From Eledone cirrhosa (Eukaryota): 64,000 nt of DNA. The position numbers were made by a program, and so were the translations under genes. The stretch spans positions 214,892,001-214,956,000 of the forward strand of contig OZ024742.1 of assembly GCA_964016885.1 (NCBI GenBank), read 5' to 3'. The notes beneath the pieces were generated by a model. The model did no database searches and was not told where the DNA came from. It was given only the letters and a program-made list of their open reading frames with translations. Shown one piece after another: positions 53,741 to 64,000 of this stretch. Each line of letters starts with the position of its first letter. Within the stretch, counting starts at the first letter, position 1.

Positions 53741-53774
53741 AGGTGGGTACCTTCGCCACAAACAACACACCAAG

Positions 53775-54425
53775 GACTTCTACCCAGAACGATTACGGTG
53801 AGGTGTCTGACTCTCGGCCCATTACTTCACAAACTGGAGACGTTGAGGAACATCCCGCGCAAACTAGGGTTGCGGGAGAACTCATGTCAGGTCATGGAGA
53901 CGAGGTCTCCGTAGTGGTGTCGAACGTCAAATACATCGAGGCGATCAGCTCTACACTAACAGAATACGAGGTGTTGGCAGGAGCAATGCTCAACCAGGAA
54001 ATGTCGGTAGGCCTGTGGCTCGGTACCTGGAGAGGCAGGTCCATACTGTCCAATAGTATCGTCGGGTGCTTGACGGGCGGACCGTTTAAATTCATAGGGT
54101 CTGGTTCGGTCCGGACCTCCAGGCGGACAAAACCTGGGACGAGGTGGTGAGCAAGGTAGCCTATCTCACCGAAAACACCCACTACGCGGAGGGCTGGTCG
54201 TGCCGTGGCTGCTGATGCGCAGACATGCGCTCAAGCTACGGATTCTCCACCTCATCCTAGACGGTGATCAGGTGTGGTCGCTCTTTGTTAGATGCATTTT
54301 CCCCAACCCGTCTCGTTGGCGGAGCGGCAGTCCTGGGTCAAGCAAAGACCAAGAAGCAGTGCTTTGAGACTAGAATCTCTCCAGGCGTTCACAGCCATCG
54401 ACCAGTCGGGCGTGCGATCGCTGGG
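53775..54425 (+). mobile_element. L1/Tx1 RT fragment in opposite orientation
   Basis: DEVSVVVSNVKYIEAISSTLTEYEVLAGAMLNQEMSVGLWLGTW is homologous to ORF 50281-50808. Confidence 0.75.
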
Positions 54426-54429
54426 GACC

Positions 54430-55455
54430 CTACCTACAGATCTCTTTAAGTACAGTGTATTAACATCACCCTTCTTATGAAACCTTCTGTACGTAGTCAT
54501 TAATGTTCTTGTCTTTCTCTCAAGTTATTTTTGTTCGTTTACATTCCTTTCGAGAATTCCAGCACGGTACCTAATAACAGACACACCTCAGGAATTTACA
54601 GCACATGGAGTTTCTACTATTTAGATGTGATTTCAGTATGTTCCTTTCACTCCTTGTATATTTAGGTCTTATCATCTTCATTTTATTGCCTTGATGTTTT
54701 ATCCGCCTCCAGAACACCCAAATACCTATATTCATCTTTGGTGTCGATAATTTTTAACATCTCATCCGTTGGTATCCCGATTCCTGAGTTTCTTTTCCAT
54801 TTAACTCTACTCATCCATAGGCCACCACAATTAGTAACACAAAATTCTATTCATATTCCATTGCTGAAAATATAAGCAGTGTTAACAAGTACATCTAACT
54901 CCTTGCTTTTCCCGAAGATTCGAAGCCGTCAATGAAGAGAAGACGGTTGATGGTAAGCTCTCCCCTTCAAAGTGTGTATCCTGCCATCACAATACATGGG
55001 ACAAACAAAAAAGGAGACAGTCTATGTCGTTCGAAGATATCTCTCTTGATTTTCTGTCCTCCCAATGATTCTGTCCCTGGCGTTAGCTCTGTCTCCAAGG
55101 TCTTCGTGCTATTTCTTGCGAGCAGTCTGTTTTTGTTCATGAGCTTGAAAATTCCCAGACACTTGGTTATCCAAGAATGAGGAATCATGTCGAATCCCTA
55201 CTTTTATTCTACCCACCCCATGGCCCATATGGCCCATATGTCTCTTCTTGCAGTTCCATATTATCATTCTTTCAATAAGTAAGTGTTTTTCCCCACGGGA
55301 CTTCTTTCGGCATCCTTTCTTGTCCTCCGGTATGTTGTTTATGTCGAGGTGGTGGTAGATCTTCTCAGATATATTCCACATCATGGACAGACATGTGATA
55401 GGCAATAGTTGGTAATGTCATTTCTCTTGGCTTTGTCATTCATTATTAGAACCGT
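54430..55455 (-). mobile_element. old R4/Dong RT fragment related to family B
   Basis: [31 protein letters not shown] and FHKKGDVNTLYLKRS. Confidence 0.8.
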
Positions 55456-55460
55456 GATGA

Positions 55461-55937
55461 GGGGCGGTGGATTGGCAGTATCGGTAGAAAATCGGACACT
55501 ATGCTTTGCAGCATAGAGTTACGGTGCCTAGTTCATTACGGAAAGCAATGACATTATTTGGCACCAATCGTGGTTGTTTAAATATGCAAAATTGGACAAA
55601 GACTTACCCAGCGTGTGTTATAATAATGATTATAGTATAGGCACAAGGCCAGTAATTTGGAGGGAGGGGAAAGTCGATTAAATCGACTCCAGTGCATTAC
55701 TGGGGCTTTGTTTATCGACCCCGACAGGATGAAAGGCAAAGTTATCCGCAGCAGGATTTGTACTCAGAACATAAAGGTTACGGTCTTTACGTTCTGAGTT
55801 CAGCTTAAGCCTTTTAGCTTAGCCTTTCATCCTGACGGGGTCGATAAACAAAACACCAGTAATACACTGGGGTCGATTTAATCGGCTTTCCCTTCACTTT
55901 CAAATTACTGGCCTTGTGCCTGAATTAGAAATGATTA
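55461..55937 (+). mobile_element. SINE split by an insert containing an inverted SINE 3' half
   Basis: 5' half 55461-55525, inverted 3' half ~55635-55776, direct 3' half 55777-55937. GTTACGGT is duplicated. Confidence 0.8.
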
Positions 55938-55949
55938 TTGTTGTTGTTA

Positions 55950-56385
55950 TTATGATCTCTTGCACGCTGCCAGATCTTCAACCGAATTTATGCTTTGGAA
56001 GCGTATAACAAATGACGAGCTGTTCGAAAGCTTCCTTCGAATATATGTCTCTAAGACGATTCTCAAAATTCGTTCTGTTCCTGACAAGGCTGGCTTTTGT
56101 AGTGTGTATGTTTTTATTTCTATTGCGAGCTTCCCATGCCAAGCCAAGCCTCTAATTTCCTTGATGCCATTCCGAGTGTTCCAACTATTTTTACTCTTTT
56201 TGTTTTGGCATATTACGGCAACATGCCGTTTGAGACCCTCATATATGTTTATCTTCTCCCTTCTTTTTCCTCCACTCTGTTGTCACCAGGAAATGCAATA
56301 TCTATTATGATACACTGTTTGATTTGCCTGTTGTCAATTACTATGTCTGGCTTTTCTCCTTAAATGATATTGTCATATTTTATCA
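55950..56385 (-). mobile_element. old R4/Dong RLE 3' fragment
   Basis: KPDIVI..CIIIDIAFPGD..EEKE and LQKPALSGTERILRIVL. Confidence 0.75.
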
Positions 56386-57871
56386 TAAAATCCCACAAAA
56401 TGTTAACCTAACGTTTATCAATGAGAATCTTTGAGGTATGTTCAGTATGTTGCGTATCTTCCACCCAAAACATGAAGTTTCACTAACGTACGAAGATACG
56501 TACGCTATTTGAGAGGTGAGCGACGCGTGACGTGGTAACACATCTACAAATGGAAATTTCATGATCCAGGAAGGATACACGCTATTCGATTACATTGCTG
56601 TTTTCACAGGGCATTGCTTAAGTGTTCTCAGTGTATATCTAACATTAAATTCGTATGAAATCACCCAAGCGTTAGTAGCAACTTAGGATATTCACCACGC
56701 CACACACATGATGTATTTTTAACGAAATGTCATTATTTACAAAATATGAAGTAACATGGAATAAAAGGCATAAAATAAAGATAGAATATTTCAAAGACAT
56801 TAAATTAATTGGATCAAAGCATAAACATTTTAAATAGAAATATTTAAGATCTGCGATAGCCTCCTTCAATATAAACATTCATATAATGTTTGAAGTAAAT
56901 TCATATTTCTGCCAAGTTGCTATAGAATATGTGAGTTATATAAGCAGCATATAGAAGATAAACTTTTGTGCATTGCATTTTTTTTGTATTCTGTAATTTA
57001 AGAGTTATATTCTTTGAAAGTAAAGAGCTATTCAATCATTGATGTAAATTGTTGAATAGGAATAATATATCAGAAAGCAATGTACTACTTCTTTGTTTAA
57101 AACTCGCAGTAAAATAACACAAACACATGCGCATATACACACACACAGACACACATACACAAACACACACACATAAACACACACATACGCACACACGTAT
57201 CTACACAAATATACAGGCACATATACAATCATATTTTCTTGTGTATTGTCATCGGTGCTTTAGATTACAGTATGTACACGCACCCACGCTCACACTACCG
57301 GACAAACACACACACACACACATACACACACACACACACACACACATACATATGCCTATGCATATAGTTCATGATAATTAAATTATAGAAGACAATCACA
57401 TATCAACGTATGTTCAATTTGATATATATGGTACTTGTTATATGTGATTGTAGCTGATCCGAAACACATCCTTATCAGAATTCTGAAGCAATTCCTGTAA
57501 TCGAATTTTTGGTATCCACATCCGATATTATTGTATTTTCTTGATTTCTAAATACATTGCCGAGTGAGTGGGATATACGTAGTTGAGGCGTTTTAATAAG
57601 TATGATACATGTTACTTGGTATCATCCCTTTCTAGAAAACCAACATTGTTGTTTTAAAGAACATGTTGATGCTAAATTTTCAGTGGTAATCTCATTGAAG
57701 TTTTTTAACAAATGATCTCATAATTGCTTGGTGCCTTTATATTCTCTAGGGCATGTGAGCTATATCCTCCTCAAATTACTTTGATATCCCTTGTTCATGT
57801 CAATTTATATAATGTATACACTGTATCTCTTACCTTCTCCCTCATTTGTGTTTATCTATATTCATTTTATT

Positions 57872-58012
57872 AGCGGCAAATTGGCAGAGCCGTGAGAACG
57901 TCGGATAGAATGATGTATGGTATTCGTTCTGGTTCTCTTCTATATGAGTTAAAATCTGCTTTTCGTCCTTTCGAGGTTGATACAAAAGTACCAGTCTAGT
58001 ACTGGTGTCGAT
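57872..58012 (+). mobile_element. old diverged SINE
   Basis: gcggcaaattggcaga..gagttaaaatc..ttttcgtcctttcgaggttgatacaaaagtaccagt. Confidence 0.65.
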
Positions 58013-58459
58013 CCTTCCTTTCTCTGGAAGAACTCTGCTGTACTCAGGCCTGAACGGGGATGGGCTTCGCCAGGTTTAAATGCCCGTCACACGCTGTATA
58101 TCAGTACGGCACCCCTACGACTCTATCAGCGGTTACTGGACAATACAGCAGGTTTGCCTCAGGTGTTTCACCTGAGCTATTGTGCTCATACGTAGAGAAA
58201 CTTCATACGTTTGAGTGTGTAGAAGAAGAGGTTTAGAAATATAAACAAATCGATATCAATGTTATTATCAAGTAATTAATTAAGTCTAGCAAAAGCATTA
58301 ACATATTGACATACCTAGCTATAAACTATTACCAAAGTGAGATCATATAAGAGACTGTCATGTAATCCGTGTCTACTACACTGAGCGAGATATGTGTAAA
58401 CGTAAGTGTATATATGATGTATATATAAGCGCATATACATGTGTGTTATATATATATAT

Positions 58460-59390
58460 ATGCAAAACATGGCGTGCGGAATAACAATCGCACCATCCCG
58501 AGTACTGTGGGTTGTAATTGTGCTAACAACAGCTGCGGTAGCGCAGCTAGCAACTTAGGCAGCAACAATGATAGCCTTATCGTGGGAAATAGACGGAACA
58601 GCGACAGAAATTGCAACTGCCGCGACAGAGGACGGTGCCCCCTTAGAGGATACTGCTTGACCGATAGGGTTATATATAGATGCACTATTACTATCCACAA
58701 TAGCGTTAAACATTATATAGGGGCCACCTCCGGCCCGTTCAAAATTAGGTTTCGAACACATCTCCACTCTTTCACAAATAGAAAACTAAGACACTCCATC
58801 TCGCTCGCAGACTACATCACATCACTAAAGGACTTAAACATTAGCTTCTCCACGCACTGGGAGATTGTCGACAGGGCTGCACCGTACAACTTCAAGAGGA
58901 AATGCGATCTTTGCCTCATGGAGCTCTACCACATCATAACTGCACCCCACGAGCTCATCAACAGCAGAGCTGAAACAGCGATAAGTTGTACACATCGCTT
59001 AAAAATATCCTTCTTTAGATGGGTTAAGAATGAAGAGTGAAATAGCACACTGGATCTCCCTGCAACAAGTCTTAACACCCCGGCGGGCAGGCGCAGCAAA
59101 ATAACACCTAGAAAACAATCCCTGCATACCAAAAATTATCCGGGAAAGACTGCCCTAACACCGGCCAAAGTTACCTCCCTTGACCTGCTGCAAAATCAAA
59201 ACAAGATATTTTTGCGAACAATGAATCTTGATGTGGATTTAACCCCCCAAACTCTTTCCGAACTATATAAGGAACACTTGTGATTGTTTATGCCCGTGAG
59301 AAGCCCAACTGGGCGAAACGTACGTAGGTGATATTCTAAATAAACATGTTTTAACGGTCTATTCTCCGATTTTTCACTTTCCCACGTATA
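58460..59390 (+). mobile_element. Naiad-like Penelope 3' fragment (GIY-YIG + pLTR)
   Basis: Open frame to 59040: CNCR...CPL.GYCL...VIY, HYIG, RF..H..SF, CDLCLME, INSR.E..CTH. Flanked by (TA)n. The annotated start lies in a microsatellite and is an artefact. Confidence 0.88.
59288..59334 (+). ncRNA. hammerhead motif with altered core
   Basis: cGTGAGA-a-GCCC-aact-GGGC-GAAA-CGTACG-TA. Stem II and the palindromic stem III are perfect, but the CTGATGA box is altered. Confidence 0.6.
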
Positions 59391-59406
59391 TATATATATA
59401 TATATT

Positions 59407-59686
59407 ATATTCAAAATGTTAACAAATGAAATATATTCGTATAAGTAAAATATATACTTTATTATATATATAAATCAAAGGTAATGTGCTGTTTGTATCA
59501 GTACGTCCTCATCTGCAAATATGGGAATTGAATAATCAAGACCGTAGCGGCATGTCATATATCAAATCATATATTTTGTCTGATGAGGACGTACTTACAA
59601 AAGCAGCACAGTACATTTGAAATATATATAATAAAGTATATATTTTGACTATGCGAATATTTTTCATTCGTTAACATTTTGAATAA
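59407..59686. repeat. inverted repeat of a Penelope-type pLTR (arms ~59407-59522 and 59569-59686)
   Basis: Arms are reverse complements. The right arm holds a hammerhead and the left arm a decayed copy. Confidence 0.8.
59569..59642 (+). ncRNA. minimal type I hammerhead ribozyme motif
   Basis: Stem I atatattttgt/ataaagtatat, CTGATGA (59580), stem II gtact/agtac, GAAA (59619), TATATA, then TA. Confidence 0.7.
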
Positions 59687-59789
59687 TATTAAAAACTCCG
59701 GGAAAACTTAACTGTAGAGTGCTTCTAATATTTTGTAAAACTGTATTCGTTGAGTAATCATCGAACCATATTAATCTTTGGTTATATAT

Positions 59790-60086
59790 ATACGATATTA
59801 ACAAATGGGAAACTATGTGTATAAAACCATATTTATTTCATTATACATATTTCAAGGACACCAAGTTAAATTATGGTGTGCTTTCATCAGATAAATTATA
59901 ATATAGATCAGTTTTATGAATAAATATTGACATACCCTTAAAGAATGCAACCATTGCTGTTGGAAGCTCCCGGATAGTGGACTTGTAGCTTTAATTATAT
60001 TATTAGTATTGGATATTTTTAAAACAAGCCGCTGGGTTGCGGAGAAAGAGAAAGATAGAGAAGGAGAGAGAAAAAAAAGAGAGAGA

Positions 60087-60171
<85 letters not shown>

Positions 60172-62276
60172 CCAGAACAACAGTGAGAGAAAGATAGAGA
60201 GAGAGAGAGAGGAGACAGAGAAAAGTGGAGATCACGAAAAACTCTAAGTTATATCTTGTTGAGTTAACTTAACAATTGAGATGAAATGAATAAATAAAAT
60301 TAGAAATGTTAATAATCATGAATGGAATATACATATATAATATGAGAAATTTAACCATTGTTTAAATATGATTAGATGTTTAGTTAATCATTTAAATATT
60401 GATATCAATATATTAAAAATTGGGATCTATATATTAAGAAATCCATATATTATTAAAGATCTATATATTATATACAACGTATACACACGCAAAAATATAT
60501 ACATATAAATATATATACACACTTATAAAATACATATACATATCTAATTACGTATATAATATATACACTCAAAACATAAAGGATTCTTTAATTTAAGATA
60601 TAGGAATCTTATAAAATGTTATAATTGTTAAGATATTAAAGGACATTTTATGTTATACACACTTTATGTTATTAAACAACATTTTTGTTTATATAAGTTT
60701 ATCTGTTATGTATTTATGGCTGTTATTATATGTCTATCTGTCACGAATCTTGGGATAATCACTATACAATCGAATTGTATGGATATACACGCACATGTAT
60801 ATACACAATTCCCACATATATGTACCCTCAACAAATAGGTAGATACGCATCACGTATATATATATACATACAGATAGACATACACGTATAAAACATATGT
60901 ACATATATGTCAATACACACATATACGTATATACACACATATAGAGGGAAGTATATATAAATACAGTACATAGTATAATTGAGTACATAAAATACAAAAG
61001 AATTATATTACAATTTGGAAATATAATTATAAGCAATATAACTTTAAAAACAATATCATTTTAAAATATTATAGAATATTTTAAGTTATAATTTCAAAAT
61101 AATAGTATGTTTAATAGATTTAGTATAGAAATTTTCTACGCATATTTAACTTAAACTTTGAAAGGATAAACTTTCGAAAATAGGAGAAGCTATCAAACAA
61201 TAAAAAATAAAAAATAAAAAATATAAGAAATATTTTCTCATTTCAAGAGCTCTCAATATATTTCTCTAGAATAGTTTATTATATTTATTTATATTTAGGA
61301 AGAAAAGTTATTTTTACTTGAGTGTATAATTAGTCAAAAAAGATGAAGGGATCTAATTATTTATCGACAGGTTCAATATATGAATAAAATTAATTAATTA
61401 ATTATATATTACATTTTAAATTTATATTTATATTTAAACTTTGAGTTTAATCAATGTCTGCAGCAACTGAATACATTATTTCTTAAGTTCAGGGAATATT
61501 TGGTCTTTAATATAAAGAATATTTCCTCTATACAAAGATCACAATTTTCTGAAGAGGAGTTAACAGGAGTAGCTTATGAAATAATATTCCAAATCAACGA
61601 ATATTCCACCTTCTTTAGTTTTAGGTCCCATAATAGTCTAGAGGAGAAGTTGAAGATTTTTTGTTTGGATCTGTAAAATAAGTTTTATGATTATTGAAGC
61701 GGGATTTAAACTCTGTGGAAGTGGATCCCACATAATTAAATCAATTTAAATTAGTTTTTACATTACAATTATATACTATATTTTTAGCTAAGCAATTGTT
61801 ATTTAACGGACAGTTAGATTTATTTCTACAGTTACATTTATCAAATTGGATATTGCTTGGGTTATTAGTGGTATTTTGGTTAGGTTTTAAATTTCTATTA
61901 TTAATTCTAGTAATATTTTGCGCTAAATTTTTGGTGGAAGAATAAGTTAATTTTATAGTATGTCTATTAAAAATTGAGTAATATCTATGTGTTCTATGGA
62001 AGCATTTGTAAAGAGCTTTAAAAAATAGTTTAGCAATAGGGGTTTTATAAATATCCAATACTAATAATATAATTAAAGCTACAACTCCACTATCTGGGGG
62101 CTTCCAACAGCAATTGTTGCATTCTTTAAGGGTATGTCAATATTTATTTATAAAACTGATCTATATTATATTTTATCTGATGCAAGCACACCGTAATTTA
62201 ACTTGGTGTCCTTGAAATATGTATAATGAAATAAATATGGTTTTATAAATATAGTTTCCATTTGTTAATATCGTAT
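59790..62276 (-). mobile_element. Naiad-like Penelope element with inverted pLTRs (59790-60017 and 62051-62276)
   Basis: ORF 61741-62058 (IFNRHTIKLTYS, CNCRNKSNCPLNNNCL..NIVY) continues YVGST..FKSRFNNH..CDLC..CRH. ~225-bp inverted terminal repeats and (GA)n at 60045-60220. Confidence 0.88.
59834..59898 (-). ncRNA. minimal type I hammerhead ribozyme motif
   Basis: Minus strand tttat-CTGATGA-aagcacacc..ggtgtcctt-GAAA-tatgta-TA-atgaaa. The inverted copy at 62169-62233 has CTGATGC. Confidence 0.75.
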
Positions 62277-62363
62277 TTTTACTCCAAATATTTGTTGAGT
62301 GCTTTATATCAATTATAAAAATATTTGCTTGTTGTATTCCAACAATTTAAATAGAACTTTTAC

Positions 62364-62500
<137 letters not shown>

Positions 62501-63205
62501 TATGTCAACCGGTTATTATCTAGAACGAACACTCGTACATTCACAATGCAATATCAGGGTAGTTTTATATATTTATCAACACGTGCTTACTACCGTACGG
62601 GGACTTTACTACACATAGATAAATATTTGACCTGTCACTTCCAAAAGCATGTCACCTATCTTGAACAGGTTACAATATAATTACTTTTGTTGATGCATCC
62701 AAACAAGCTGGCCATAACACTTAATTGTTCTCCTCTCTTATAATTCGGTGTATAACGGCGGCGAAGATTCGAAACCGAATCTGAGCTTTTCCGCCTCTGG
62801 GACAAGTCGTGGTTAGTTGTTTACACCTGGCAGAAAAGAGGTCAGAGGATATACCTATCCTTCTAACTTCAATCCTTATAAATACAAGGGTTGTTTACGA
62901 CAGGCAGAAAAAGTGATACCATAGACCAGAACGGCCATTTCACCTACGCTGTCAAATCTTCCTTCACGAAAAACATCTGCCCACTAATTTCTCACACGCC
63001 TTTCCCGCCTGGCTGATTGAGTACTACTACTGCTAAAACAAGAAAGTATACTAATACGCACACACGCACACATAGTAAGTTCACACTGTTTTTTTTATTT
63101 CACACGCACCATTTCTGTCTGTCACATTGTATATTTCAGATACAATACAAATAATCGTATTCTGTGATACTTGTATGTACGTGGCTCGAAGAGCCACCAA
63201 ACTAT

Positions 63206-64000
63206 TGTACGAATATTTCATGTTATAGATTTTATCATTCAATATTCAAATTGAATATTGTTATAATAAAATAAACATTGTAACAACACAATCCTGGTAT
63301 TATTCTTTGTATTGAATCCATCATACCAACAATTCTATCTATTCACTTATTCGTTACAACTGGTGACCCCGTGAAACATACACACAACCTTCTGATTATT
63401 CACTACAAACGATATCTCTAGCACACGACGATTCATCTACGGCAGAAATGGCAGTCTGGGCGGCGTTTACATTAATAATACCACCATTCTGGGTGCACGA
63501 TCCAACACTGTGGTTCGCGCACATCGAAGCGCAGTTCGCATCGAACCGGATCGTTAGCGAGGCATCCCGTCTCACACATGTCATTGGTTCGATGACTCCG
63601 GAGATTATGAATGAGGTTCGAGACCTGATTTTAGCACTACCCCGCTCTGTGTCATATGACATTTAAAACGACGTTAATTAAGAGGACGTCGGAGTCGCAG
63701 CAGAAGCGCTTGCACCAGCTCCTCATATCGGAGGAATTAGGAAATAGAAAGCCGACGCACTCTCCTATGGCGAATGAAGCAGCTCCTGGGAGAACATAAA
63801 CTCCCGGATGAAATTTTCAAGCCACTCTTCATCCAGCGTTTGCCTTTTGCCACACAAGTTGTCTTAGCCTTCACCAGGGAGTCCACTTCCATTGAATAAC
63901 TCGCCGAGCTGGCAGATAAGATCATGTAGGTGCCACATTCGCACTCAACTTTAGCGAATGTGACGACAGTCGTGCCTTCCACCAACCTTTCCCTCAGCTC
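63206..64000 (+). mobile_element. Gypsy/Ty3 LTR retrotransposon 5' end: LTR (63206-63358), PBS, degenerate gag
   Basis: TG..CA LTR with terminal IR tgtacgaata/tattcgttaca and AATAAA. Gag motifs PPFW..DP.LWF...EAQF and EELG.RKP..LL..MKQL..LF.QRLP, with frameshift and stops. Confidence 0.85.
63361..63371 (+). promoter_or_regulatory. primer-binding site complementary to the tRNA-Trp 3' end
   Basis: TGGTGACCCCG lies 2 nt after the LTR end. Confidence 0.75.

Noticed and set aside
58020-58185. GC-richer segment with hairpins (ctcaggtg/cacctgag, ctgctgta/tacagcag)
   Set aside because: It could be a LINE 5' UTR relic, but it fits no ribozyme consensus and has no second copy in the window.
61741-61743. 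In-frame TGA in the Naiad-like GIY-YIG as possible selenocysteine (some Naiads encode selenoproteins)
   Set aside because: It is not at a conserved Cys position, the conserved Cys codons I checked are TGY, the copy has other lesions and I recognised no SECIS.
63181-63205. GTGGCTC-gaa-GAGCCAC hairpin as a Helitron 3' end or terminator
   Set aside because: No properly spaced CTRR end and no supporting 5' TC terminus or Rep/helicase sequence.

Overview
AT-rich, microsatellite-dense eukaryotic DNA made almost entirely of transposable elements and their remnants. I could not support any host protein-coding gene. The tRNA-derived SINE and the repeat landscape suggest an octopod cephalopod (inference). 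Contents: (1) at least three families of R4/Dong-type non-LTR retrotransposons (RT + CCHC + restriction-like endonuclease) stacked head-to-tail in (TAA)n microsatellites, one copy keeping an uninterrupted 864-aa RT-RLE ORF; (2) L1/Tx1-type LINEs; (3) about 20 SINE copies or fragments; (4) five Penelope-like (GIY-YIG) fragments, three Naiad-like, plus seven minimal hammerhead ribozyme motifs, four of them in inverted repeats; (5) a mariner relic, a MITE, a branched palindrome inside (TA)n and the 5' end of a Gypsy LTR element. The most notable signals are a strand-polarised (TAA)n/(ATT)n landing pad shared by R4, Tx1 and SINE, a 3'-terminal motif shared by Tx1 and the SINE, serial SINE insertion at one site, and the hammerheads. 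Element boundaries were read by eye and are approximate.
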